Shown here in pieces: positions 16,668 through 27,900 of a DNA stretch of 37,099 nucleotides. Source of the stretch: a virus (lineage: Duplodnaviria > Caudoviricetes); the IMG/VR virus record IMGVR_UViG_3300030095_001031, positions 1 through 37,099 of that record; one strand, written 5' to 3'. The translations under genes and the position numbers were made by a program. The notes below the pieces were generated by a model. That model searched no databases. It saw only the letters and a list, made by a program, of their open reading frames with translations, and was not told the origin of the DNA. Positions within the stretch are counted from its first letter, which is position 1; the number at the start of each line of letters is the position of its first letter.

Positions 16668-16714
16668 CTGATAGCCCATTTGGATAACTAGATGAAGCGA
16701 AAGACGGATAACTG
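16653..16714 (+). promoter_or_regulatory. Structured leader upstream of the capsid gene, with two nested AGCCC...GGATAACT modules
   Basis: CAGCCC(16653)...GGATAACTG(16714) encloses TAGCCC-attt-GGATAACTA (16672-16690). Confidence 0.5.
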
Positions 16715-16751
16715 GAAAATAGTAATGTAACTTTAATAAGGAGAACTTATA

Positions 16752-17567
16752 ATGGCTAACTCAATCGATACAGCCTTTATTAGACAGTTCGAGACAGAAG
16801 TTCACCTTGCTTATCAAAGAATGGGTAGTAAATTAAGAAATACTGTCCGTACAGTTAGTAATGTGAATGGCTCAACAGTACGTTTCCAAAAGATTGGTAC
16901 TGGCTCGGCTTCTACTAAATCAAGAAATGGTATGGTAACTCCAATGGAATTAGCACATACCACAGTTGATGTAACGCTTAGCGACTTTTATGCAGCAGAA
17001 TACATTGACAAACTAGACGAACTTAAAACTAACATAGATGAAAGACAAGCTGTGGCAACAAGTGCTGCTGCTGCTCTAGGTCGTAAGACTGATGAGATTT
17101 TGTATACTGCTATGGACGCAGGTGCAAACTCAACTCAGATTCACGATACTGGTTCAGCACTAGCAAAAGCTGATTTGCTAAGTTTGTTTGAAACTATGAG
17201 TAGTGCAAATATACCTGAAGATGGTCAGAGATATTTAGCAATGAACCCAAAGGGTTATGCTGATTTATTTCTAATCAATGAGTTTGCATCATCAGACTTT
17301 GTTGGTGAGCAGAATCTACCATTTGCAGGTGGAATGAGTATGAAAGAGTTTTTAGGTTTTAAAGTATTTTCAACTTCAGCTATTACAGCAGGTAAGAACA
17401 TTGCCTATCATACTTCAGCTATAGGCTTAGGTATTGGTGCAGATGTGACTACTGAGTTGAACTATGTACCTGAGAAGGTTTCACATTTAGCAACTTCTAT
17501 GATGTCTATGGGTGCTACTGTCATTGATGACAATGGTATCTATGAAGTCTTAGATAACAATTCATAA
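16752..17567 (+). CDS. Major capsid protein
   Basis: AFIRQFETEVHLAYQRMGSKLRNTVR, AEYIDKLDELK, AALGRKTDE; strong AAGGAG RBS; follows the scaffold. Confidence 0.92.
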   Translation: MANSIDTAFIRQFETEVHLAYQRMGSKLRNTVRTVSNVNGSTVRFQKIGTGSASTKSRNGMVTPMELAHTTVDVTLSDFYAAEYIDKLDELKTNIDERQAVATSAAAALGRKTDEILYTAMDAGANSTQIHDTGSALAKADLLSLFETMSSANIPEDGQRYLAMNPKGYADLFLINEFASSDFVGEQNLPFAGGMSMKEFLGFKVFSTSAITAGKNIAYHTSAIGLGIGADVTTELNYVPEKVSHLATSMMSMGATVIDDNGIYEVLDNNS

Positions 17568-17579
17568 GGGAGATTAATT

Positions 17580-17843
17580 ATGGCTTATGCAGCAAGTGGT
17601 CTTACAAGAATTGGTGGAGATTCAAATGGTAGTTTGTGGCGATATACAACCACAGATGCCATTGCAACTGTAAATAGTGCTAACTATTTTAATGATGCAG
17701 CAAATATGTTAGCTGTTCGTGACCTTGTAATAGTTCACGATACTAATGTACCAACTACAAATTTCGTTACTGTTTTATCAAATAACGGAACAGCAGTTGA
17801 TGTATCAGATGGCACAGCAGTAGCCGAAACTGATGGCGATTAA
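17580..17843 (+). CDS. Putative head decoration/cement protein
   Basis: YTTTDAIATVNSANYFN; immediately after the capsid gene and before a terminator. Confidence 0.65.
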   Translation: MAYAASGLTRIGGDSNGSLWRYTTTDAIATVNSANYFNDAANMLAVRDLVIVHDTNVPTTNFVTVLSNNGTAVDVSDGTAVAETDGD

Positions 17844-17848
17844 GGAGT

Positions 17849-17872
17849 AGGGGGAGTAATCCCCCTTATCTT
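17849..17872 (+). terminator. Terminator after the head genes
   Basis: AGGGGGA-GTAA-TCCCCCT stem with GNRA loop and weak T-tract; position analogous to T7 T-phi. Confidence 0.7.
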
Positions 17873-17874
17873 AT

Positions 17875-18462
17875 ATGACAAGTACAGCAGCAAATTCAGC
17901 AATAGATATAGCATCAAGAGCATTGGTTCTTATTGGTGCAGAGCCTATTACTGCCTTTGGCTCATCAAGTACAGAGTCATTGGTTGCTACGAATATGTAT
18001 GAAGATACAGTTCGAGCAACATTATCAAGTGCAAGATGGAGGTTTGCATCAGAACAAGCTGTATTAGCAGCAGTGGGTTCTGATCCTACTGGTCGTTTTG
18101 ATAAAGCACATCAACTTCCTACAAACGTATTAGTTCTTCATGCAGTAACAGTTAATGATAATCTTGTTAACTATACTGTGTATGGCGATAAAGTTTTTAG
18201 CAATGTGGCTACAGCCGATACAGTTGTTGCAGACTTTACGTTTCGACAAGTTGAAAGTGAGTTTCCATCTTACTTTTCTTTGGCACTTGAATATACATTA
18301 GCAACTATATTTGCTACAGCTATTGCAAGAAGTTCAACACTAGCAAGACTTATGAATGAACAAACAACATTATTAATGGCTAAAGCAAGAAACTTAGATG
18401 CACAACAACAAACAACACGAAAACTTTCAACATCAAGATTTATAACTGATAGGAGGTCTTAG
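17875..18462 (+). CDS. Tail tubular protein A / adaptor (T7 gp11-like)
   Basis: IASRALVLIGAEPI...WRFA...QLP...FPSYFSLALEYTLA. Confidence 0.88.
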   Translation: MTSTAANSAIDIASRALVLIGAEPITAFGSSSTESLVATNMYEDTVRATLSSARWRFASEQAVLAAVGSDPTGRFDKAHQLPTNVLVLHAVTVNDNLVNYTVYGDKVFSNVATADTVVADFTFRQVESEFPSYFSLALEYTLATIFATAIARSSTLARLMNEQTTLLMAKARNLDAQQQTTRKLSTSRFITDRRS

Positions 18463-21400
18463 TGCCATCTTTGAAAGTACCTTTAAATAATTTTCAGTTT
18501 GGGGAAATAAGTGGTGCTTTAACATCAAGAACAGATACAACAGTTTATAATAATGCAGGTGAGCAAGTTAGAAACTTTTGGATTAGAGCAGAAGGTGGAC
18601 TTAAAAAAAGAGCAGGTACACGAAGGCACTATTCTTTTGGTAGCAGTAGTTTTACAAAAGCAACCATGCAACTTCGAGTAGATGATGCTGAACTTTTTGT
18701 TGGAAACTATATTCAGTTTCAACTCAATGATGGGACAACAATAAGACTTCAAGCTGAAACTGGAGATGCTTATGGGAACACTACAGCACCAAGTACCAAC
18801 GTAGGTAATATATATTTCTTTAGACCTATTATTAGTGGTGGTACACAACAACAAAGAAATGAAACTACAGCTTCAAGAATACAAGCTGTATTAAACGGTA
18901 TTACTGGTGTAACTGCTGCAGTCAATGGTACAAATGCAGCATATGTTGATGTAGAAAGAGATGATGCAGGTGGTCAGTTTCTTGATGTAATAACAACAAA
19001 ACGCACAGCAGGTATTAGTGTTAATGGTATAACTGGTCAAGGATTTCAATATATAAGGCTTCAAAAAAGATTAGAACCATTTGAGTTTTCTGATGATGAA
19101 AAATATCTTGTATGTTTTAGCCATGAAAGAATAGATGTATTTTTATTAAGTATACCTTTTGGTCAGCCTGAGAATTTAAGTATTGAGTCAGGTATGCAGA
19201 TTACTGGACAAACATGGTTACAAGCTACCACCACAAAACCTTATATAGAAGAGATGACAGTGGCACAACAAGGTGATGTCATGTTCATTGCACACCCAAC
19301 ACATATGATACGAATGTTAACAAGAACTGCATTGACTACATTTACAGTATCAACATTTAATTTTGATACTTCTTTTAATGGAGAAACTATTTATCAACCT
19401 TATTTTTCAGCACAACCTCAGGGTATTAAAGCTGAACTAAATAATAATCAGGCAGGTTTAAATATATCTCTCACAATTAAAGATCAAGATAATGCAAACT
19501 TTCCTTATTTTACAGCATCACGATCAGAGTCACCAGTATTAACCTTAAATCAAGTTGAAGCAGGTAAAGTTTATTATATTCTTCATGCACAATCTTCAAC
19601 TGCTGCTGATTTCCAAGCTATTGGTGCACCAACAAATGATGCAGGTCTTTTATTTAAAGCATCAGTTAATGGATCAGGTGTTACTTTTTCAGGATCAAAT
19701 TCAGGTCAGGTTGTTGATCAATCAAGCTTTACTAACTCAGGTAATGCTATTGGCACAAATATAGAAATGCTTGGATCAAGACTTACGATACAAGCTTTAG
19801 ATGTTGGCAATACTGGACAACATTTATCTTCAGATAAAACTCATTTAGCACGAGTTCAACTTCATAAAGATGTAGAAACTAAATTACCAGTTGATTCTAT
19901 TTCAACAGATGAAGGATCAGATGTTATTACAATTACACAGGCTCTTCATGGAATTACTGGTGGTGATATCACAATATCAAATGCAGCTGCAGTTGGTGGT
20001 TTTGCTAATTCAAATATAAATGGAACAAAAGGAGTTACTGTTATAGATGATAATACCTATGTAACTGGTATATCAGGTGTTTCTGCAACATCAAGTGCAA
20101 TTGGAGGTGGCACACCTACAATAGCAGTTGCTACACCATCAACAACAAACTGGGCAGAACAAAGTTACTCAACAGTCTATGGTTTTCCTGCAGCAGTTAC
20201 ATTCCATCAAAACAGATTATGGTTTGCAGGTACATTAGGACAGCCTGATAATATATGGGCAAGTCAATCAGGTAAATATTTTAACTTTGATATAGGCGAT
20301 GGAGAAGATAGTGACGCTTTAGATATTACAGCTAATGTAGGAGAGATACAACAGATTAGACATTTGGTATCTAACAGAGACTTACAAGTTTTTACATCAG
20401 GTGCAGAGTTATTTGTATTATCACCTTCAACTAAAGGAATAACTCCATCTAATGCACAGATAAAAAAACAAACTCCTTATGGTTCAGCATTTGTAAAACC
20501 TGCACCTTTTGATGGTGCAACGTTATTTGTACAAGGCAGTGGTAATGCCCTAAGAGAGTTTTTATTTACTGATGATGAAAATGCTTATACATCTGTTGCT
20601 GTATCTGCATTAGCACCTCATCTTATTCGTAATCCAACACAACAAGCTGTAATAAAAGGTCAGCTTGATCGAAGTGAAAACTATTCTTTCTTAGTTAATC
20701 AAGATGGCACAATTGCTGTATTTTATTCTATACGTGGTGAAAAGAAAGCAGGTTGGGCATTATGGGATACGCAAGGTGCATGGCACAGTATTTGCTCTTT
20801 AGGCAATAGATTATATGTTATTTGTGTGAGAGATGATGGTAGTGGCACACCAAAAACTTTTCTTGAAGAGTTTAGAACTGATTTTCCATTGGACTTTTGT
20901 GATAGGTTTGAAGCTATAAATGCAGCAGGTCAAACTAATGGTGGTACAGTGCAAGGTCTTACTACTGTTTCAGCAGTTAATTCTGCTACTGGTGGTACAC
21001 ACTTTGCTACTGGTGCATCAATTAAAACAGTTAATGGTAATGATTTCTTAGGTTCATTTACAGTGGCTAGTGCTGATAATGGTTCAATAGATGTTAGTGC
21101 TTCTAAGAATGATGTCAGAGAAATATTTGCAGGATATAGTTTTGAGCCAAAGCTAAAGACTTTACCAGTAGATGCTAAACTTGCAGATGGTCCTTTAACT
21201 GGTGAACCAAGAGAAATAACAAGAATAATATTAGATTTATTTGAAACATCTTCGGTTAATGTTAAAGCACCATCAGATACATCAACAGCAAGAGATTTAA
21301 TTATACCAAATGTTACAGATGATTTATCATTGGAAAAGTCACCTGTAACTGGTAAAGAAGAGTTTAGAACATTAGGGTACAATCGTGATCCAAGAGTAAT

Positions 21401-21464
21401 TGTTTCACAAAGTCACCCTCTTGATTTACAAATTAACGGAATAATAGTAGAGGTAGCATACTAA
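18462..21464 (+). CDS. Tail tubular protein B / nozzle (T7 gp12-like) with insertions
   Basis: NNFQFGEIS, GGLKKRAGT, AQQGDVMFIAH, GFPAAVTFHQNRLWFAG, LQVFTSGAE. Confidence 0.9.
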   Translation: MPSLKVPLNNFQFGEISGALTSRTDTTVYNNAGEQVRNFWIRAEGGLKKRAGTRRHYSFGSSSFTKATMQLRVDDAELFVGNYIQFQLNDGTTIRLQAETGDAYGNTTAPSTNVGNIYFFRPIISGGTQQQRNETTASRIQAVLNGITGVTAAVNGTNAAYVDVERDDAGGQFLDVITTKRTAGISVNGITGQGFQYIRLQKRLEPFEFSDDEKYLVCFSHERIDVFLLSIPFGQPENLSIESGMQITGQTWLQATTTKPYIEEMTVAQQGDVMFIAHPTHMIRMLTRTALTTFTVSTFNFDTSFNGETIYQPYFSAQPQGIKAELNNNQAGLNISLTIKDQDNANFPYFTASRSESPVLTLNQVEAGKVYYILHAQSSTAADFQAIGAPTNDAGLLFKASVNGSGVTFSGSNSGQVVDQSSFTNSGNAIGTNIEMLGSRLTIQALDVGNTGQHLSSDKTHLARVQLHKDVETKLPVDSISTDEGSDVITITQALHGITGGDITISNAAAVGGFANSNINGTKGVTVIDDNTYVTGISGVSATSSAIGGGTPTIAVATPSTTNWAEQSYSTVYGFPAAVTFHQNRLWFAGTLGQPDNIWASQSGKYFNFDIGDGEDSDALDITANVGEIQQIRHLVSNRDLQVFTSGAELFVLSPSTKGITPSNAQIKKQTPYGSAFVKPAPFDGATLFVQGSGNALREFLFTDDENAYTSVAVSALAPHLIRNPTQQAVIKGQLDRSENYSFLVNQDGTIAVFYSIRGEKKAGWALWDTQGAWHSICSLGNRLYVICVRDDGSGTPKTFLEEFRTDFPLDFCDRFEAINAAGQTNGGTVQGLTTVSAVNSATGGTHFATGASIKTVNGNDFLGSFTVASADNGSIDVSASKNDVREIFAGYSFEPKLKTLPVDAKLADGPLTGEPREITRIILDLFETSSVNVKAPSDTSTARDLIIPNVTDDLSLEKSPVTGKEEFRTLGYNRDPRVIVSQSHPLDLQINGIIVEVAY

Positions 21465-21919
21465 TGGTAATAGAACCAACAACAGCCTTATATATTGCAA
21501 GTGGATTTTTAGGTTTTAGTCGATATAGTGCAGCAGCAAAAGCAGCACAAAGAGAAGCAGGACTAACAGCAAGAAGATTAAAAACTCAAGCAGAACAAAG
21601 ACAACTTCAACAACTACAAGAGCATAATGAAGTTATGGAAAATTTACAATCAATGGAATCAACAAATTTAGCATTAGCAGGAATATCTGGAAGAGATACT
21701 GGTAGCGATAAATCATTTAATAGAATATTAGAAAAAGCAAAAGAAGATGCTTATAAAACTGCTTCAAGAGTTAATTTACAAAATCTAATGGATCAAAGTA
21801 AAATTGCACAACAAACACAAATGGCTTTATTACAAGGTCAAAATAAATCAAAAGCCTATAGAATGATGGGTTTTCAAAGCGTATTAAATACAGCGTATGG
21901 TGTAAGTAAGGTTACATAA
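21464..21919 (+). CDS. Internal virion protein (gp14-like)
   Basis: Ala/Gln-rich helical protein following the nozzle gene. Confidence 0.65.
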   Translation: MVIEPTTALYIASGFLGFSRYSAAAKAAQREAGLTARRLKTQAEQRQLQQLQEHNEVMENLQSMESTNLALAGISGRDTGSDKSFNRILEKAKEDAYKTASRVNLQNLMDQSKIAQQTQMALLQGQNKSKAYRMMGFQSVLNTAYGVSKVT

Positions 21920-24900
21920 TGGTACAATTTTTAAAATCAAAACAAGTTACATATAAAAATAGACCAGTAGGTGTTGTGTCAGTTAATACTGGTGCAGTAG
22001 AAGCAGAACTACAAACAGCAAAACTTTTTGAAAGAGGACAAGCTCTTGCATGGGAAGAAGCTAAACAAGATGCTATTCAGTCTGATATTAATAAAGCTAA
22101 AACATTACCAATAGAAGATGCAGATGGAAACTTATTACTTGAAAAAATTGAGTTTACAGATGTTGGCAGACAATCAGCTAATGCTATTAGAGAACAACGT
22201 TATAGTGGTTTTGTACAAAATAAAATTAATAAACAACTTGGTGAAATCCATGCAAAAAATCCATTTAATAAAGTAAGATTTGATACTGAAGCACAAGGAT
22301 TAATTAAAGGTTGGGTAGATATTTTTAAGAAAGAAGGAATGGCTCAATATGTTCCTGCATTTCTTGATAAGGTTACTAATAAATCAATATTACATTCTAA
22401 TAAAATATTAAATGATACAATAAAAAAAGAAAAAGATGATGCTGCTTTACTTGCTCAAGATGCACTTGAAGAATTTATAAAAATTGCAGCTTTATATCCT
22501 GATGATCCAGTTATACCTGATCAATTTTTTAAAACAATAGATGGTTTAAAAGGAACATATTTACAAGCACCTGCTATTCGTGATTATACATCAAGATTAA
22601 CAAGAAATTTAATGACTGGTAAAGTATCTCCATTAATAGACATTGTTGGACAAGATCCTTTAGCAATAAAATATATTGAAGAAATATTTCAAAATAAAAA
22701 CGCACCATTAGAAGCATATACAAGAGTTTTAAAAGCTTCTAAAGGTAAAATATCAATGAATCAATTAAAAGAATTGAATACATTAAGAGATAAATATGAA
22801 GCAAATAGAACAGACACAAATGTAATAACGCAACTTATTTCTAATAGATCAGGTGATGTGTCAAAACAATTAACGCTTATTGGTAAAGAAAGAACATCAA
22901 ATAATGTAGGACTACAATTACAAGGTATAGGTGTTGATACAGCAGGTTTTCTACCTAATACAAAAGATAATAGAGTAGTTGTTAATAATGAATTAAGTAA
23001 ATCTCTTGGATTTCAAGTAAATGAAACAAGTTTTTTTCAAATGAATAATGTTCAATATGATAAAGCATTAACAAGTTTATCAAATGTGTCAGTATTACCT
23101 ACTACTCTTGATAATATATTTAAAGGTAATATGCTTAATTTTCCTGCATTTCGTTCATTATCTGAAAGAGATAAAAGAAGCTATGCAGCAAGAGAATTAA
23201 ATACATGGAATAATCTAGCATATAATACTGGTGCAGGTGGCAGACAAGAAAGACGTTTGCAAGGTTATGATAAACAATATGAAAAGTATACGTTCATAGA
23301 TGAGATAGCAAGAGTAAATGGTGGTGATTTAATTAAAGCATATTCTTTATATCATACAAAAGTTGATGATACTGACACATATAAAGGCATGATTATGTCA
23401 TCATTAGCTGATATGAATTTTGGGGATTTAAAAATTGGAACTGTTAATGCAGGTGTTGAAGCAATATTTGATGAAGCTGAAATACCAAGACACCATAGAT
23501 CACAATTAGATAGTTATGTTGAAAAACTTTTATTTTATAAATCAGTAAAAATGCCTGATGGAACTTCAGTTGAAATGGATAAAGATAATCTTTTATCAGT
23601 TTTAAAAGATACTTATAAACTCATGTTTGTTGAAGATACAGATATATATGATGTATTTAATTTAAATAATACTGGCTTAACTTATTTTACTCCAAAGAAA
23701 AAATATACTGGTGTTGCATATGCTAGTCATGATGACTTTAGAAAATGGACACAAAGTTTAATTACAAAACAATTAGGTGAAGAAAACATTCTTGGTGAAA
23801 ATACATTTCTTTTGCCTGATGCCAAGAACTCACAATATGGTGATCAAAGATATACACTTGTAAATATAGATGGAGAAATAATACCATCTAAATTAGAAGG
23901 TGGTGTAGCAGTTGAGTTTACTACAAGAGATTATGAACGAGATAATGACATATCTATTACAGAAATTAATAATCGTTCTTTAAATCAGTCTGTTGAATTA
24001 AGAGCATTAGCTATGAATCGTAATAAACAACTTACAGAAAAAGAAAAAAAAGGATTAGACCTATATAGATTACCTAATAAAGTAATCATAGATGATCCAA
24101 ATTTCTTTGAAAGTATGATGGACACTGATTATTTTACAAATCAATTTTCAAAAAAAGGTTATGATAATCCTTTATGGAATATGATTACAGATACTGTAGT
24201 GAATAACTTAAGTTTACCTGATAAGTTTTTAAATATGTTAAAAGAATTTATGACACCTGATGTTGCAGTTGGTGTGCAAGATGGATTGATAGATATTTTT
24301 CAAAACACTGCTATAAATGAAGGTTTTCAAAGTCAAGTCTATCGAGATAGAAACACTATTTCTGTCGGCTATGGGTTTAATGTTCGATATTTAACAGACA
24401 AAGATTATAAAAATATAAATCCTGAAATGAGAAAACCATTAAAAGAATTACAAAAAAAACTAAATAAAAAGAAGTATTCAGAAGATGAATTAAATGCAAT
24501 GGTCAATGAGTTTAAATTTGGTCAACCTATTGTATTTAAAAAGAATGAATCAGCTAAAATATTTAGGTCAAAGATAATGGATATATATGCTCAGTATGAA
24601 AAAGAGTTTCCTAATTTTAATGAACTACACCCATTGCGTAGAAGTGCTTTAATTGATTTTTCATATCAGTTTGGGCATGATAGACTAAAAAGTAAAAATG
24701 GATTTCCAAAATATTATGAAGCTGTTAAGAAAGCAATTAGGGCAACAGATATAGATCAAAGAAACTTTCATTTTAGAGAAGCAGGGTTTCATCAGGTTTA
24801 TAATCAAGGAGAGTTTGGTAATACAAAGACACCTTTATTTTATCAAACAAAAAGAAGAGTAAGAAAAAGAGTTGGTAATTTAGGATTTGATATAAAAGAT

Positions 24901-24933
24901 GATGTAGATTTTATTGATGAGGAGTTTTCTTAA
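21919..24933 (+). CDS. Internal virion (ejection) protein with C-terminal lysozyme-like domain
   Basis: 1004 aa helical; NEGFQSQVYRDRNTISVGYGFN and SALIDFSYQFG resemble GH24 motifs. Confidence 0.8.
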   Translation: MVQFLKSKQVTYKNRPVGVVSVNTGAVEAELQTAKLFERGQALAWEEAKQDAIQSDINKAKTLPIEDADGNLLLEKIEFTDVGRQSANAIREQRYSGFVQNKINKQLGEIHAKNPFNKVRFDTEAQGLIKGWVDIFKKEGMAQYVPAFLDKVTNKSILHSNKILNDTIKKEKDDAALLAQDALEEFIKIAALYPDDPVIPDQFFKTIDGLKGTYLQAPAIRDYTSRLTRNLMTGKVSPLIDIVGQDPLAIKYIEEIFQNKNAPLEAYTRVLKASKGKISMNQLKELNTLRDKYEANRTDTNVITQLISNRSGDVSKQLTLIGKERTSNNVGLQLQGIGVDTAGFLPNTKDNRVVVNNELSKSLGFQVNETSFFQMNNVQYDKALTSLSNVSVLPTTLDNIFKGNMLNFPAFRSLSERDKRSYAARELNTWNNLAYNTGAGGRQERRLQGYDKQYEKYTFIDEIARVNGGDLIKAYSLYHTKVDDTDTYKGMIMSSLADMNFGDLKIGTVNAGVEAIFDEAEIPRHHRSQLDSYVEKLLFYKSVKMPDGTSVEMDKDNLLSVLKDTYKLMFVEDTDIYDVFNLNNTGLTYFTPKKKYTGVAYASHDDFRKWTQSLITKQLGEENILGENTFLLPDAKNSQYGDQRYTLVNIDGEIIPSKLEGGVAVEFTTRDYERDNDISITEINNRSLNQSVELRALAMNRNKQLTEKEKKGLDLYRLPNKVIIDDPNFFESMMDTDYFTNQFSKKGYDNPLWNMITDTVVNNLSLPDKFLNMLKEFMTPDVAVGVQDGLIDIFQNTAINEGFQSQVYRDRNTISVGYGFNVRYLTDKDYKNINPEMRKPLKELQKKLNKKKYSEDELNAMVNEFKFGQPIVFKKNESAKIFRSKIMDIYAQYEKEFPNFNELHPLRRSALIDFSYQFGHDRLKSKNGFPKYYEAVKKAIRATDIDQRNFHFREAGFHQVYNQGEFGNTKTPLFYQTKRRVRKRVGNLGFDIKDDVDFIDEEFS

Positions 24934-27900
24934 TGTCTGAGTATACAGACTTTGTTCCAAAGGGCATACAGAGTATTGAGCCTTTGCATTATTTTTATCC
25001 TGATCAAGAAGGCAAAGTAGATCCTGATTTTTTTTCAGGAGTGTCATCAGGATTTAAGTATCAATGGTTGCCAATAACAAATTTTACACAAGAATTTTTT
25101 ACTTATTCAGATCAAGATTATGATGAATCTTTTGATTTTAAAAAAACAATACAAGATAATAATGACTTTGTTTATGCCGAAGATTTATCAAGAGCAAAAA
25201 ATTTAAATCATTATAACTATATTAAAAATTCTTTAAAATCTATAGAAAATAATAGAAAAATGTTTGAAAGAGCAGGGCTTACATCTCATTTAGTTGCAGG
25301 TGTTATTGATCCTTTAAATATAGCTTTTTTTCACCCAGTATTTAATACTGGTATTAAAGCAGCATGGGCAGCAAAAAATGCTTTTGGCGTGGCAAAAGAG
25401 TCAGCAAAAGTTGGTTTTGTGTTTGGTGTTGGTTCTGAGTTATTAAGAGCACCATTTGATCCTTATAATACAGCACAAGAAACTATGCTTAATGTTGCAG
25501 GTAACACTATTTTTGCAGGTATGCTTGGTGGTGGTGCAAGAGGTGTAGCTAATAGATATAATAAATTAATTAAAAAGTATAAAAATAGAAACAATCCAAA
25601 TAAAAACACACAAACAAATAATATAAATACAAACAATCCTGATAAAGATGTTGAAAAAGCAAATGACATGAGTAATCAATTTGTTGGTAGTACAAGATTA
25701 AAAGAACAAACAATAGATAGATTTAATTATGCTAATAAACTATTACCATCAAGAAGATTACAGTTTGGTAAATATGATGGTAAAGAAGCACCTCCTGAAG
25801 TAAAAAAAATACATCTTGATATAGCATATAATGCAAGTGTTCCAATAGAAGGTATGCCACTTAGATCTATTGACTCAATGCAAAATGTTCATAATGGAAA
25901 AGGTATTGAACTAGAACAAGATATAAAAAAAATATATATGAACTCATTACAAAAAACAGAAGGCACTGGAGAAGTAATGGGAATAGATTTGGTATCTCCT
26001 TATGTTAAAGCAAAAGAAAAACTAGGCAAAAATCCAACTACAGCTTATATAAATTCTGTTAGTGGTAGTCAAAAATACCCAACACCAAAAGAATTTTTTG
26101 ATGAAATTGTTGAGCTTAATATTTTGATGAGTGATGATACTTGGAAAGCTAAATATTATCCACAATTACCTGAATTTAAAAAAGAAGCTATTAGAAAAAT
26201 AGAAGCATTTAATAAATACTTTGATCAATTAGCACAAGATACTGGTGTTTTTTTAAATAAAACAACTTATAAAGAAAAGTTTCCTGCACTACAAAAAAAA
26301 TTAGATGATTATAATACAAGAATTGAAGAAGAAAAGGATTCTGTATTTAAAGCTTTGCTTAAAATTAATCGTAATGAATTAGAAAAAAGATTAAGATTTT
26401 ATGAAGAATATAATCCTACACGAAAAAATTATAGGTTTCCTTTATATTATGATAGAGTAAAAATTCTTTCTAGTCCTAAAGAAGAAAAGAGATTAGTTGA
26501 AATATTTGCAAATCATTTTCTTGATCAAGGATTTTTAACTGTTTGGACTGGTAATGGATATAAAGATATAACTATTAATACTATACAAAAAGCTTTAAAG
26601 TCAGCACAAGAAACAGTTGATAATATTAAAGATTTTGGAGATGATCCTTTTGGGTATAATAAACCATTAAGAATTGGTAAAGCAAAACATATTTTGATGA
26701 GAACTACAAATATACCTGAATACAAAGTAAAAGATTTCATTATAAAAGATAATTCAGTTTTTACAAAATATTCAGAAATGATGGCATTTAGAATTGAATA
26801 TGCCAGAAAGTTTGGAGATGATTCTATTGATTATATTTTAGGTCAATTAGAAGAAATTATGGTAAAAGAAAATTATAGTCCTAAACAAATTGCTGAAATT
26901 AAATCAGATTTTCTTGCTGATTATCAAAGAGTCTCAGGTCAAATTAGTCGTGATGCTGAAAGATGGGATACTACATTTGCACGCATATCAAAAAAGTTTG
27001 CAGGTATGGCTTATCTTACAAGTGCAGGAATAACATCACTTACAGAAACTGTTGCTATGCCAATACTTGAGCATGGTTTAGGAAATGTTTTACGAACAGC
27101 TTTTCGTGCAGTTGATGGAAACTTTGATAAAATAAAAGCTAATGCAAAAGATACACAACATTCAAATGAAGCAGTCGATACTGCTAAAAGAACTGTGCAT
27201 ACAAGAATTTTAAATGATTTATTGCGACCATTACAAATAGGAAGAGTGGAAAAAGCTGCAGATGCTATGGAAAATTTTTTTTATAAACTAAATGGATTAG
27301 CATTAATTACAATGGTAGGAAAATTACTTGATAGTGCTATTAGAATACCTAAATTTTATAAACAAATTAAAAATTATAATTCATTAGATAAATTTGAAAT
27401 TATTGAATTACAACGATATGGGATTGATGATAAACTTGCTAAACGTTTATTAGATAATGGTGCTTGGCAGTTTACAGATACAGATATGCCATTACTAAAT
27501 TTAACTCAGTGGAGTACAAAATCAAAAGCTGATAGAGAACTTAAAACATTTATGCAAACATATTTAAATAATGCAGCAAGGAATACTATTATGCACGCTA
27601 CAGCTTTTGATAGACCAACATTTGCTGATGGTTTTGTTTTTAAAAAATGGAAACCATATATGAAAAGATATGGTATTGAGCCTGATCCTTTTGCATCTGT
27701 TGGTAAACAAGCAGATGGTTCGTATAAATACCCTATAGCAAGAATTGAATCAGGTGTTATGGCATTTCCATTTCAATTTTATAACTTTGCATTTGCAGCA
27801 AATCAGCGTATAACTCGTGCTATGTTTGATCCAAATAAAAAATATAGATTGAGTGGTGCAATAGCATTATTGTCTATGGCATATATTACTTTAGCAATGC

